A stretch of 64,000 bases of DNA, taken from assembly GCA_963707635.1 (NCBI GenBank), contig OY970173.1:2816001-2880000 (forward strand). The letters are read 5' to 3'. Position 1 is the first letter of the stretch. Each line of letters opens with the position of its first letter. This document shows positions 29,759-39,250 of the stretch, piece after piece. The notes beneath the pieces are model-generated. The model did not search any database. It had not been told where the DNA came from and saw only the letters and a list, made by a program, of their open reading frames with translations. Origin of the DNA: Candidatus Latescibacterota bacterium. Lineage in GTDB: Bacteria; Krumholzibacteriota; Krumholzibacteriia; WVZY01; JAKEHA01. Made by a program: the position numbers and the translations under genes.

Positions 29759-32170
29759 ATGCGCTCGTTTCTCCTCTCCCTGTCGATCACTGTCAGCCTG
29801 TTTCCCGTCGCCGCGAGCGCCCAGTGGGGGCTCGACGGGGCTCCGATCTGCACCGCGTGGAACAGCCAGTACTCCCCGGACATTGTCTCCGACGGCGCGG
29901 GCGGAGCGATCATTGCCTGGTACGACTACCGTTTGAGCAGCCTGGATATCTACGTGCAGCGGGTAAACGCTCTAGGGATTCCGCAGTGGACAGCCAACGG
30001 TGTCGCACTGTGTTCGGCCGCCAACGAACAGTACTACCCGGTCGTCGTCTCCGACGGCGCGGGCGGAGCGATCGTCGCGTGGTACGACGGCCGCGGAAGT
30101 AGCTACGATATCTACGCGCGGCGAATCAACTCGTCGGGGGTTCCCCAGTGGGCAGCCGACGGCGTCGCCCTCACAACCGCGGCGAACGGCCAGTTCAGCC
30201 CCACCATAGTTTCCGATGGTGCCGGAGGAGCGATCGTCGCATGGTACGATTTCAGCAGCGGATCCGATTACGACATCTACGCGCGGCGGATCAACGCGTC
30301 GGGAACTCCCCAGTGGACCGCCAACGGTGTCGCCCTCTGCACCGCTCTTAACGACCAGGCCTATCCCAACCTCGTCTCCGACGGCGCGGGCGGAGCGATC
30401 GTCGTGTGGAGTGACTATCGATCCGGCGCAGGCGACATCTACGCGCGACGGATCAATGCATCGGGGACGCCGCAATGGACCGCCAACGGCGTCGCCCTTT
30501 GCAGCACGGTCGGAGATCAGGCGCACCCCGCCATCGCCGTGGATGGCGCGGGCGGAGCTATCGTGGCATGGGACGACCGTCGCGGCGGACCGAACTCGGA
30601 TCTCTATATCCAGCGCGTGAACGCGTCGGGAACGCCGCAGTGGGCCCCCAACGGCGTCGCCATGTGCACCGCCATGAACGATCAGGAGTACCCCGCCATC
30701 ACCCTCGACGGAGCGGGCGGTGCGATCGTGGCCTGGGAGGACTTCCGCAGCGGATTCGACCACGACATTTTCGCCCAGCGGATGGTCGCCTCGGGATCTC
30801 CCCAGTGGGCCGATAACGGCGTTGCCGTTGCCATCGCACCGAACTCGACATATCTGCCTACCATGGTTTCCGATGGCACCGGTGGTGCAATTCTAGCGTG
30901 GCAGGACGACCGCAACGGGTTCGACTTCTCCGACGTCTACATGCAACGGCTCGATGCGCTCGGGAACGCCCAGTGGACCCCCAACGGAGCCGTGATCTCG
31001 AGCGCGGTCGGTCACCAATACGACCTGGCGTTGATCACCGACGGTGCCGGAGGAGCGACGGTCGCCTGGACGGATGACCGCAGCAGTTTCTACAGCACCC
31101 ACATCTACGCCCAGCGAGTCGAAGATCACTATGGGTACTGGGGGCACCCGGAGCCCGTCGTCAAGTCGGTCGCCGACATTCCGAAAGACAACGGCGGAAG
31201 GGTCGCACTCAACTGGACGCCGAGTGGGCGCGACCTCTCGAACCCGCGCACGGTCGATCATTACACGATCTGGCGCGCGGTCGACGTCATCCCGGCCCCG
31301 GTCTCGAACGCGACCGCGGTCTTGACCGACATTGCGAATGTGGGCGAGACCGCGGACGGACCGGTGTACGCGGTACTTCCTTCTTTGTCCGGCTACTACT
31401 GGGAGCTGGTGGGAACGCAGTCCGCGAACGCCTGGTCCGGGTACTCGTTCTCCACCTCGACGCGTGCCGATTCGGTCGCCGGGAATTCGGGAACCGAGAC
31501 CTTCATGGTGGCGGCGCACCTCCAGTACGACTCCTATGTCGCGTTCCCGTCGAACGTGATGAGCGGCCACTCCGTCGATAACCTGGCTCCCGCCGCCCCG
31601 CTGATGCTCACAGCGCTGCGTGCCGGCGCCGACGTGCACTTGCAATGGAATCGCGTGCGCGTCCCTGACCTGCGCGACTACTCGCTGTATCGCGCCACGT
31701 CCACCGGTGTGACCCCCGTGCCGATCAACTTCCTCGCGTCGGCCGAGGAGACGTTGCTGGTCGACGCAGGCGCGCCGTCCTCCGCGCTTTACTACATCGT
31801 GACCGCTATCGACGTGCACCACAACCAGGGTCCACCGTCGAATGAGGCCAGTGTCGGTGCGCTGACTGGCATCGGAAACACACCACCGATCGCCGCCCTG
31901 ACCGTGCTCGAGAACGTGCCAAATCCGTTCAATTCCCGAACGACATTGCGCGTCGGCCTGCCGCGGGCGAGCGAACTGGAGGTCGAGGTGTACGACGTCT
32001 CCGGCAGGCGGATCCGGGACGAACGGACCGCGGCGCTCGGGGCGGGTTGGCGAGAGGTTCCCTTCGAGGCGCGGAGCACAAACGGGAGTGTGCTCCCGAG
32101 CGGAGTCTATTTCTATCGCGTGACGGCAGCGGGACAGTCCGTCAGGGGCAAGATGGTGATCGCCAGGTAG
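29759..32170 (+). CDS. Secreted repeat (propeller-like) protein with FN3-like stalk and FlgD-Ig-like domain
   Basis: About 7 repeats of SDGAGGAIVAW.D.R....DIYA.R.NASG.PQW..NG; VDNLAPAAP; PNPFN..GKMVIAR. Confidence 0.85.
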   Translation: MRSFLLSLSITVSLFPVAASAQWGLDGAPICTAWNSQYSPDIVSDGAGGAIIAWYDYRLSSLDIYVQRVNALGIPQWTANGVALCSAANEQYYPVVVSDGAGGAIVAWYDGRGSSYDIYARRINSSGVPQWAADGVALTTAANGQFSPTIVSDGAGGAIVAWYDFSSGSDYDIYARRINASGTPQWTANGVALCTALNDQAYPNLVSDGAGGAIVVWSDYRSGAGDIYARRINASGTPQWTANGVALCSTVGDQAHPAIAVDGAGGAIVAWDDRRGGPNSDLYIQRVNASGTPQWAPNGVAMCTAMNDQEYPAITLDGAGGAIVAWEDFRSGFDHDIFAQRMVASGSPQWADNGVAVAIAPNSTYLPTMVSDGTGGAILAWQDDRNGFDFSDVYMQRLDALGNAQWTPNGAVISSAVGHQYDLALITDGAGGATVAWTDDRSSFYSTHIYAQRVEDHYGYWGHPEPVVKSVADIPKDNGGRVALNWTPSGRDLSNPRTVDHYTIWRAVDVIPAPVSNATAVLTDIANVGETADGPVYAVLPSLSGYYWELVGTQSANAWSGYSFSTSTRADSVAGNSGTETFMVAAHLQYDSYVAFPSNVMSGHSVDNLAPAAPLMLTALRAGADVHLQWNRVRVPDLRDYSLYRATSTGVTPVPINFLASAEETLLVDAGAPSSALYYIVTAIDVHHNQGPPSNEASVGALTGIGNTPPIAALTVLENVPNPFNSRTTLRVGLPRASELEVEVYDVSGRRIRDERTAALGAGWREVPFEARSTNGSVLPSGVYFYRVTAAGQSVRGKMVIAR

Positions 32171-32218
32171 CGCCGCGCCGCCTCAAATGCTGCCGGGTCG
32201 AAAAGTGCCACAAGAGTG

Positions 32219-32295
32219 ACGGGCCACGCCTGTGTCGACGTGGCCCGTTTCAGTTGGTGCGCCGCGAAGGACTCGAACCTTTAGCCACCTGATTA
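32219..32295 (-). repeat. tRNA-Lys 3' 41-nt fragment plus terminator, copy B
   Basis: 32255-32295 matches the tRNA-Lys 3' end at 39/41, stopping in the anticodon loop; hairpin at 32219-32248. Confidence 0.9.
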
Positions 32296-32426
32296 TGCGT
32301 GTGTCCGGCTGACACCCCTCAACTTGATAAATCGTGCGGGGCACGCTATGCTGAACTCCGGATGCCAGACGGCCCCGGGCACGTTGGCGCATAATCCATC
32401 ACGCAGGTCACCGGAGGAATCCCGTT

Positions 32427-32879
32427 ATGAAGACAATGCTTCGCCTGTTTCTCATGCTTGCAAGCGTCGTGACGCTTGTCGTCCATCTCGGTTGTTCCAA
32501 CTCCGGTGGCACTAGCGCCGTCGGCAAGACCCTCTATGAGCAGTTGGGGGGCGAAGACGGCGTAACCCGACTCGCCAACCAGTTCGGCACCAGCCTCCAG
32601 GCCGACCCCGATCTGTCCCAGCTCTTGAGCGCAGAGGTGATTGAAAACGCCAAGGCCGGCCTGACCAACGACATCAAGAAGGCGAGCAACATGAGCGCTG
32701 GCGACATGTCACTCGACAGCGCACTCAAAGACCAGAAGCTCGATGCCAACACCCTCGCCGGCGTCAACAATGCAATCGTCCAGGCCGCGAAGGGCATGAA
32801 CCTCAGCCAGGCGACGACCGATGGCCTCACGAACCTGATCAAGCCGCTCGCCCACAGTGTGCTGGAGCCGAAATTGTAG
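32427..32879 (+). CDS. Lipoprotein resembling a group I truncated globin
   Basis: Lipobox-like HLGC; TLYEQLGGEDGV..L..ADP.L pattern. Confidence 0.6.
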   Translation: MKTMLRLFLMLASVVTLVVHLGCSNSGGTSAVGKTLYEQLGGEDGVTRLANQFGTSLQADPDLSQLLSAEVIENAKAGLTNDIKKASNMSAGDMSLDSALKDQKLDANTLAGVNNAIVQAAKGMNLSQATTDGLTNLIKPLAHSVLEPKL

Positions 32880-32903
32880 GAGGCTCGCCAGGACAGGAGA
32901 AGA

Positions 32904-32933
32904 AACGGCCCGCATCTTTCGATGCGGGCCGTT
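32904..32933. terminator. Terminator hairpin downstream of tRNA-Lys (copy A)
   Basis: AACGGCCCGCATC-TTTC-GATGCGGGCCGTT perfect 13-bp stem. Confidence 0.85.
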
Positions 32934-32942
32934 CTTGTTAGT

Positions 32943-33017
32943 TGGTGCGCCGCGAAGGACTCGAACCTTCAACCACCTGATTAAGAGTCAGATGCTCTAC
33001 CATTGAGCTAGCAGCGC
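32943..33017 (-). tRNA. tRNA-Lys (CTT)
   Basis: Cloverleaf; anticodon arm CTGA-CT-CTT-AA-TCAG; encoded CCA. Confidence 0.96.
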
Positions 33018-33033
33018 ATTATTTTCGAACCGA

Positions 33034-33468
33034 CTAGAAAGGAAGGTCGTCGTCGGTGCTCGCCGCCGCCTGCGGAGCCGGTTCCGCCGCGAAGTCCTGC
33101 GGCACAAAGTCACTGCTGCCGCCGCCACCTTCGCCCGCCCGGCCCAGCATGGTCATGTTGTTGGCGACCACTTCGGTCGTGGATCGCTTTTGACCCTGCT
33201 GGTCCTCCCACTGGCGTGTCTGCAACCGGCCCTCGATGTAGACCTGCTTCCCCTTCTTCAAGTACTGCTGGCAGATCTCCGCGAGCTTGCCCCACGCGAC
33301 GATGCGATGCCATTCGGTCCGCTCCTCTTTCTCGCCGCTCTTGTTGGTGAAGCGTTCCGACGTCGCAATGTTGAAGTTCGCAACCGCCGTCCCCTGCGGT
33401 GTATACCGCACGGTCGGGTCGCTGCCGAGATTGCCGATCAGAATAACCTTGTTCACCCCACTCATCAC
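33034..33468 (-). CDS. ssb: Single-stranded DNA-binding protein
   Basis: [22 protein letters not shown], acidic DDDLPF tail. Confidence 0.97.
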   Translation of the reverse strand: MMSGVNKVILIGNLGSDPTVRYTPQGTAVANFNIATSERFTNKSGEKEERTEWHRIVAWGKLAEICQQYLKKGKQVYIEGRLQTRQWEDQQGQKRSTTEVVANNMTMLGRAGEGGGGSSDFVPQDFAAEPAPQAAASTDDDLPF

Positions 33469-33526
33469 AAACCTCCCATTCTTTCAGTAGCTTGTCCGGG
33501 CGGGCCAATCCCCGCCCCGGACTTCA

Positions 33527-33555
33527 TTTATACCGGATGGGGGCCGCGGGGTCAA
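33527..33555 (-). promoter_or_regulatory. Sigma70 promoter of ssb
   Basis: TTGACC-17 bp-TATAAA. Confidence 0.65.
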
Positions 33556-33599
33556 GGGCCGCCCCGGCGCGCCGTGCCTCTGGACTGAAGGGGGAGGAA

Positions 33600-33677
33600 T
33601 GGGGTGGATGATGGGACTCGAACCCACGACAACCGGATCCACAATCCGGGGCTCTAACCAGCTGAGCTACACCCACC
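33600..33677 (-). tRNA. tRNA-His (GTG)
   Basis: Anticodon arm CCGGA-TT-GTG-GA-TCCGG, G-1 and C73, CCA. Confidence 0.96.
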
Positions 33678-33692
33678 ACCGTGTGACGCCGA

Positions 33693-33721
33693 ATCCTAAG
33701 GCCCGCGACCGCGTGTGTCAA
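33693..33721 (-). promoter_or_regulatory. Sigma70 promoter of tRNA-His
   Basis: TTGACA-17 bp-TAGGAT. Confidence 0.7.
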
Positions 33722-33802
33722 GGCAGCCCCGGCACCGGGAATAAGCAGCGGGTCGTGTGGTACAATCCGACCTCGAAATTCTACTAATCAGGAGGCGTCA
33801 TC

Positions 33803-34753
33803 ATGGCAGCGAAAAAGATTCTGGCGGTGGTGGGTGCGACCGGGGCCCAGGGCGGTTCTCTAGCGCGCGCGATCCTGGGCGACAAGGCGGGTGATTTCAG
33901 CCTGCGCGCGATCACGCGCAAGGTCGATTCCGACAAGGCGAAGGAGCTCAAGAAGTCGGGAGCGGAGGTAGTCGCCGCCGACCTCGACGACGTCGAGAGC
34001 CTCAAGCGCGCGTTCGACGGCGCCTACGGTGCGTTCTGCATCACGAATTTCTGGGAGCACTTTTCCGCCGAGAAGGAATTCACGCAGGCAAACCACATGG
34101 CGAAAGCCGCGAAGCACGCGAACGTGAAGCACGTCATCTGGTCGACGCTCGAAGACACGCGCCGGTGGGTGCCCTTAAGCGACGACCGCATGCCGACGCT
34201 GGGGGGCAAGTACAAGGTGCCGCACTTCGACGGCAAGGGCGAGGCGGATCACCTGTTCACCGAGGTCGGCGTCCCGACGACGTTTCTGCTGACATCCTTC
34301 TACTGGGAGAACCTCATCTATTTCGGCGCGGGCCCGAAACCCGGGCCGGACGGCAAGCTCGCCCTTACCTATCCGATGGGCGACAAGAAGCTCCCCGGCA
34401 TCGCGGTCGAAGACATCGGCAAGTGCGCGTACGCGGTGTTCAAGAAGGGGAACCAGTTCGTGAACAAGACGATCGGGATCGCCGGCGAGCACCTGACCGG
34501 CGCGCAGATGGCGGCAGCGTTGACGAAGGCGCTGGGCCAGGAAGTCCGCTACAACTCCGTGACGCCGGAAGTGTACCGGAGCTTCGGCTTCCCGGGCGCG
34601 GACGACATGGGCAACATGTTCCAGTTCAAGCGCGACTTCGAGTCGGTGTTCTGCGGGGCGCGGAGTCTGGAGTTTTCGCGGTCGCTCAATCCCGCGATGC
34701 TGACCTTCGACGCGTGGCTCGCGCGCAACAAGGACCGCATCCCGCTCACGTAA
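33803..34753 (+). CDS. NmrA/HSCARG family protein
   Basis: VVGATGAQGGS, AFDGAYGAF..TNFWE, VPHFDGK. Confidence 0.92.
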   Translation: MAAKKILAVVGATGAQGGSLARAILGDKAGDFSLRAITRKVDSDKAKELKKSGAEVVAADLDDVESLKRAFDGAYGAFCITNFWEHFSAEKEFTQANHMAKAAKHANVKHVIWSTLEDTRRWVPLSDDRMPTLGGKYKVPHFDGKGEADHLFTEVGVPTTFLLTSFYWENLIYFGAGPKPGPDGKLALTYPMGDKKLPGIAVEDIGKCAYAVFKKGNQFVNKTIGIAGEHLTGAQMAAALTKALGQEVRYNSVTPEVYRSFGFPGADDMGNMFQFKRDFESVFCGARSLEFSRSLNPAMLTFDAWLARNKDRIPLT

Positions 34754-34801
34754 GCCCGAACGAACGATTGGCGCGGGTGGCGAGGCGACAGGACCCGCGC
34801 G

Positions 34802-35947
34802 CTACAAGCCAAGTAGCGGGCCGATGATGGTGCGCTGGATTTCCGACGTGCCCGAGTACAGGGTGCTGGCGAGGGCGTCGCGCAGCTCGCGCTCGATGCC
34901 GTATTCCACCATGTAGCCGTAGCCGCCGTGGATCTGGAGCGCGTGGCGGGCGCACTCGACCCACGACTCGCTGATGTAGAGCTTGGCCAGCGCGGCCTCG
35001 AGGTACACGCTCCGGCCCCGGGACTTTTGCCAGGCCGACTGGTACAGGAGGCCGCGGGCAGTCTCGAGGCGGATCTTCATGTCGACGATCTTTGACGAGA
35101 TCAGCTGGAACTTGCCGATCGGCTGCCCGAACTGCTCGCGCTCGTTGGCGTAGCGGATCGACGTTTCCAGCAGCCGCCGCATCGCTCCCACCGCGCCGGC
35201 CAGGATGCAGCCGCGCTCCCACGACATCGAGTCGGCGAAGAGCATCTTGCCGGCGCCCTCGCGGCCGAGCCGGTTCGCCTCCGGCACCACGCAGTCTTCG
35301 AAAAACACCTCGCACATGGGCGAGGTCCGGATGCCCATCTTGTGCGTGTGCTTGCCCAGCGAAAGGCCCGGCGAGTTCCGTTCCACCAGGAAGCCGGTGA
35401 CACCGTTGGGGCCGAGCGACGGGTCAATAGTAGCAAACGCGAGGTAGATATCCGCCACCGGGCCGTTGGACACGAACACCTTGCCGCCATTGAGCACATA
35501 GGCGTCGCCCTTCTTCTTCGCCGTGGTGGCGATCGAATAGGCGTCGGAGCCCGAATTCGGCTCCGACATCGCGTTGGCGCCGATCAGCTCCCCGCTGCAC
35601 AGCCTCGGCAGGAATTTCTTCTTCTGCTCCTCGGTTCCGAATCCCATCAGCGGCGTCTCGAGCGTCCACATGTGCGCGTTGATGGAGAACACGAGTCCGT
35701 TGTCCTGGCACCCGTAGCCGAGACTCTCGAGCACGCCGACGGTGGTGAGCGCGTCCATGCCCATGCCGCCGTATTCGACCGGAACCGGGAGCCCGTGCAC
35801 ACCCATGGCCGCGCACTTCTTCCAGCCCTCGCGGTTGAACTCGCCCTTCTGATCGCGCTCGATGATGCCGTCGTTGAGTTCCTCGCGCGCGAATTTCGCG
35901 ATGCTCTCGCGCAGCTGGGTTTGCTCTTCGGACCAGGAGAAATCCAT
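34802..35947 (-). CDS. Acyl-CoA dehydrogenase family, likely prolyl-S-PCP dehydrogenase (PltE/RedW-like)
   Basis: MSEPNSGSDA, REQFGQPIGKFQ, QIHGGYGY, SGTSEIQR; in operon with an A domain and a carrier protein. Confidence 0.85.
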   Translation of the reverse strand: MDFSWSEEQTQLRESIAKFAREELNDGIIERDQKGEFNREGWKKCAAMGVHGLPVPVEYGGMGMDALTTVGVLESLGYGCQDNGLVFSINAHMWTLETPLMGFGTEEQKKKFLPRLCSGELIGANAMSEPNSGSDAYSIATTAKKKGDAYVLNGGKVFVSNGPVADIYLAFATIDPSLGPNGVTGFLVERNSPGLSLGKHTHKMGIRTSPMCEVFFEDCVVPEANRLGREGAGKMLFADSMSWERGCILAGAVGAMRRLLETSIRYANEREQFGQPIGKFQLISSKIVDMKIRLETARGLLYQSAWQKSRGRSVYLEAALAKLYISESWVECARHALQIHGGYGYMVEYGIERELRDALASTLYSGTSEIQRTIIGPLLGL

Positions 35948-35952
35948 GTTCG

Positions 35953-37518
35953 CTACTCCATCTTCATGAGGGTCTGATAGTCGGTCTTCTCGGTGGATGT
36001 CTTGGGCAGCTCGGCGTGAAAGCTGAACACGTCCGGGATCATGTACACCGGCAGGTGCTCGGCGCAAAACGCCTTGAGCTTGATCAGCGAGAGCCGGGCA
36101 CCGTCGCGGGTGGCGAGGTGGGCGCGCACCTTCATCCCGAGCTCCTCGTCGGGCAGCGCCACCACCGCAGCCTCGCGAATGTCCGGGTGCCGGTACAGAC
36201 ACGACTCGATCTCGCCCAGCTCGACCCGGTAGCCGCGTTTCTTGACCATGCGATCCTTGCGGCCGGCGTAGGTGTAGTTGCCGCCACCGGCTTCGGTCAC
36301 GATGTCGCCCGTCTTGTACCAGCGTACCGCCGCCGCGCGCGGGCCGGTGTCGAGGTAGGCCTTGGCGGTCTGCTCGGGCAAACTCCAGTAGCCCGAGGTC
36401 ACCGACGGACCGCTGATGCACAGCTCGCCGCGCTCGCCCCGGGGCACATCGTTTCCCCCCTCGTCGACGACCACGGCTTCCAAATGCGAGCACACGACAC
36501 CGATGGGAAACGGGTCGACCCGATCGGCGGGAATCTCCGGGGGCAGCTCGTAGAATGTGCACACGTTCGTCTCGGTGGGCCCGTACAGGTTGAAGTACCG
36601 CGGCTTCGGCATGATCTTGTGCAGCGCCTTCAGGTGGACGATCGGAAACACCTCGCCGGCGAAGAGCACGGTGCGAATGTGGGAGAGATCGTAGGTCTCG
36701 AGCTTCCCATACTGCACGAGCAGGCTCAAGATGGACGGAGTCGAGTACCACACCGTGATCCGGGCATCGTGGATCAACTGCGCGAGCTTCTGCGGCTCCT
36801 TGCCCACGTCCTCGGGGATCAGGGCGAGCGTGGCGCCGTGCTTGAGCGGGGTGTAGATGTCGAGGATCGACAGGTCGAAATGAAACGGCGCGTGCGACGA
36901 AAACACGTCCGCCGGCACGGGCGAAAACGTCTCGCTGCACCAGTCCACGAAGCTGGTTGCGTTGCGGTGGGACAGCATTACGCCCTTGGGTCTCCCGGTG
37001 GACCCCGACGTGTAGAGGATGTACGCCAGCGCGTCGGCGTCGGGATACACGCTCGACGTCGCCGGGGCCGGCGTCTTCGCATCGCCGGCGTCCAATGCGT
37101 CGCGCAGCCCGCCTCCCCCACCGACATGGCCCAGCACGATCAGCGCGGGGCTCGAACCCTCGCGCGCGAGCTCGCTGCGCAGGGTCGCTTCGAAGCGCTT
37201 CTCGGTGACCGCCACCTTCACCGAACAGTTGTTCAGGATGTACGCGTTGCGTGTCGCCGGCGCGGTCGGGTCGACGGGCACGTAGGCCGCGCCGGCCTTG
37301 AGCGTCCCGAAGATCGCGGCCACCGTGTCGATCGACTTGCCGAGATAGATACCCACGCGATCGCCCGGCCGGACGCCGAGGTGGACGAGGCGGTCGCGCA
37401 GGCGGTCGGACAATCCGCCGAGCTCGCCGTACGTGATCGCCGCGTCGCCCGGCTCGCGGATCGCCGTCTTTGTGGCGAAGCGGGTCACCGAATGGTCCAG
37501 ATATTCGTGCAACGTCAT
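35953..37518 (-). CDS. Stand-alone amino-acid adenylation enzyme, likely L-proline-activating (PltF/RedM-like)
   Basis: YTSGSTGRPKG, FHFDLS, FAGE, NLYGPTETNVC, YKTGD. Pocket residues read by eye as DLLYLALVCK. Confidence 0.85.
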   Translation of the reverse strand: MTLHEYLDHSVTRFATKTAIREPGDAAITYGELGGLSDRLRDRLVHLGVRPGDRVGIYLGKSIDTVAAIFGTLKAGAAYVPVDPTAPATRNAYILNNCSVKVAVTEKRFEATLRSELAREGSSPALIVLGHVGGGGGLRDALDAGDAKTPAPATSSVYPDADALAYILYTSGSTGRPKGVMLSHRNATSFVDWCSETFSPVPADVFSSHAPFHFDLSILDIYTPLKHGATLALIPEDVGKEPQKLAQLIHDARITVWYSTPSILSLLVQYGKLETYDLSHIRTVLFAGEVFPIVHLKALHKIMPKPRYFNLYGPTETNVCTFYELPPEIPADRVDPFPIGVVCSHLEAVVVDEGGNDVPRGERGELCISGPSVTSGYWSLPEQTAKAYLDTGPRAAAVRWYKTGDIVTEAGGGNYTYAGRKDRMVKKRGYRVELGEIESCLYRHPDIREAAVVALPDEELGMKVRAHLATRDGARLSLIKLKAFCAEHLPVYMIPDVFSFHAELPKTSTEKTDYQTLMKME

Positions 37519-37534
37519 GGGCGCGACTTTAGGA

Positions 37535-37786
37535 TCAAAGCTTGCCGTGAACGAGTTTGGAAATGAGCGCCAGCGTGTTCAGGTTCTCGATATCGGCCTC
37601 GTGAGCCTCCACCGTGATGTTGAACTTCTGCTCGAGGAACGTCACCAGCTTGAGTGTCGCCAGCGAATCCAGGATCCCCGTGGTCACCAGCGGGGTGTCG
37701 TCGGTGAGCTCGTCCGGGTCCTCGCCCGGAAGGAACTCCGTCAGTATGTACTTCTTCACTACATCGTGAATTGCCTGTTGCTCCAC
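37535..37786 (-). CDS. Acyl/peptidyl carrier protein
   Basis: 83 aa, acidic, GILDSL phosphopantetheine site. Confidence 0.9.
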   Translation of the reverse strand: MEQQAIHDVVKKYILTEFLPGEDPDELTDDTPLVTTGILDSLATLKLVTFLEQKFNITVEAHEADIENLNTLALISKLVHGKL

Positions 37787-37903
37787 GCCACTTCCTTTCG
37801 TTGGCAGTCCGTTCATCCGGCGGGCTGCTGCCCGAGCGAGGCCAGCATCCGTCCCCGCAAGTTTGTCGTGCAGCTGGTCGGCCAGCAACCGGCCGGGGCA
37901 GGG

Positions 37904-38395
37904 CTAATCCTGGTATCCCTCGCAGAAGTCGACTTCCAGGATTTCGAACGTCTTCACGCCGACCGGAAGCCGCACGTCGACCACCTCGCCCCTGGCGTGG
38001 CCGATCAGCGCGCTCGCCAGCGGTGAGTTGTAGGCGATGACGCCGTTTTCGGGGTCGGTCTCGCCGTCGCCGAGAATCGTGCACTCGCGCTGGGCGCCGG
38101 TCTTGACGTCGCGAATCTTGATCTTCTTTCCGAACGTGACCGACTCCGCGGGAAGCAGCTCTTCCCTGCGCACGACGTTCGCGCCCGTGAATCGTTCCTG
38201 GAGTTGGCGCAATTTGGCGGCCGTGAGCACCTGCTTCTCCTTCGCCGCGTGGTACTCGCCGTTCTCCTTCAGGTCCCCGTGGGCGGCCGCCGTCGCGATC
38301 TCCTTCGCGATGTCGTTTTTCAGAAGCTTCTCGAGGCGGGCAATCTCGTCCCCGAGCTTGCGATACCCGTTTTCCGTAAAGAAATACTGAGCCAT
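37904..38395 (-). CDS. greA: Transcription elongation factor GreA
   Basis: HGDLKENGEYHAAKE, SPLASALIG. Confidence 0.93.
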   Translation of the reverse strand: MAQYFFTENGYRKLGDEIARLEKLLKNDIAKEIATAAAHGDLKENGEYHAAKEKQVLTAAKLRQLQERFTGANVVRREELLPAESVTFGKKIKIRDVKTGAQRECTILGDGETDPENGVIAYNSPLASALIGHARGEVVDVRLPVGVKTFEILEVDFCEGYQD

Positions 38396-38612
38396 ATCAC
38401 CTTTCGTATTCCCGCGCTGACGTACCTCGACCGGGGGGATCACGACAAGCCCGTCGTTGGCAGGACCTCTATTGTAAACGGTCCCCATGGCCCCCGTCCA
38501 CATGCAGCCAACGCGCCACCCCGGGCCGGAGCTGGTGCGCCTCTTGCACAAGTGGAGCGCACACGGCAACTGAGACCCGGCACGAATCCGCTCCCGACAT
38601 GGAGGCTTTGAA

Positions 38613-39189
38613 ATGAAACGAGTTAGTGTGGCCCTGGTGGCGATGGCAATTTGCACGTTGCTCGCCAGTCAGGCATCGGCCGCGGCAAATCTTGCCCTGC
38701 GCGGCATCGGACTCAAGGCAGGCGTCGTCAATCCAGAGGAAGTGGACATGACGCTCGGCCTGGGGCTCATTGTCGACCTCGGCACCGTGCATCCCAATAT
38801 CGCCCTGGAAAGCTACGCGGGGTTCTGGTCGCAGACCGAAGACTTCTACGGATCGGAATTCCGGGTGCGCGACATCGCCATCGGCGCGAAGGGCAAGTAC
38901 TTGTTCAAGATCTCCAATCCCTCCGTGCAGCCCTTTGCCGGAGCCGGGCTCGGGACTTCACTTCCTCAACGCGAATGCGGAAACCCCACCGTTCTCATTC
39001 GGCGGGGTTACCATTCCGGGAACATCCGTGGGCGACACCGACACCGAGCTCGGGCTGGATCTCGGCGGCGGGCTTCGCATCGACACCGGCAGCCAGTTCT
39101 CGTTCGTCGCGGAGAGCTGGTTCACACTCGTGAGCGACGTGAATCATTTCTCGCTGATGGCCGGCGCCGTCTACATGTTCGGCCGCTAG
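38613..39189 (+). CDS. Outer-membrane beta-barrel protein (apparent frameshift near 38955)
   Basis: Signal peptide; VQPFAGAGLG continues as LHFLNA... in the other frame; ends AGAVYMFGR. Confidence 0.75.
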
Positions 39190-39210
39190 CATCCGGGAGC
39201 GAGCACGCGC

Positions 39211-39250
39211 AAGAAGGCGCCCCGCGATGATTCGCGGGGCGCTTTTTCTT
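39211..39250. terminator. Bidirectional terminator
   Basis: AAGAAGGCGCCCCGCGA-TGAT-TCGCGGGGCGCTTTTTCTT between convergent genes. Confidence 0.8.

Noticed and set aside
29860..31120. Internal ~180-bp DNA repeats as a DGR or non-coding repeat system
   Set aside because: In-frame protein repeats with synonymous variation; no reverse transcriptase or adenine-specific pattern.
9051..33017. Classical integron or prophage
   Set aside because: No intI, attC-type sites or phage genes visible; boundaries are RNA-gene 3' ends.
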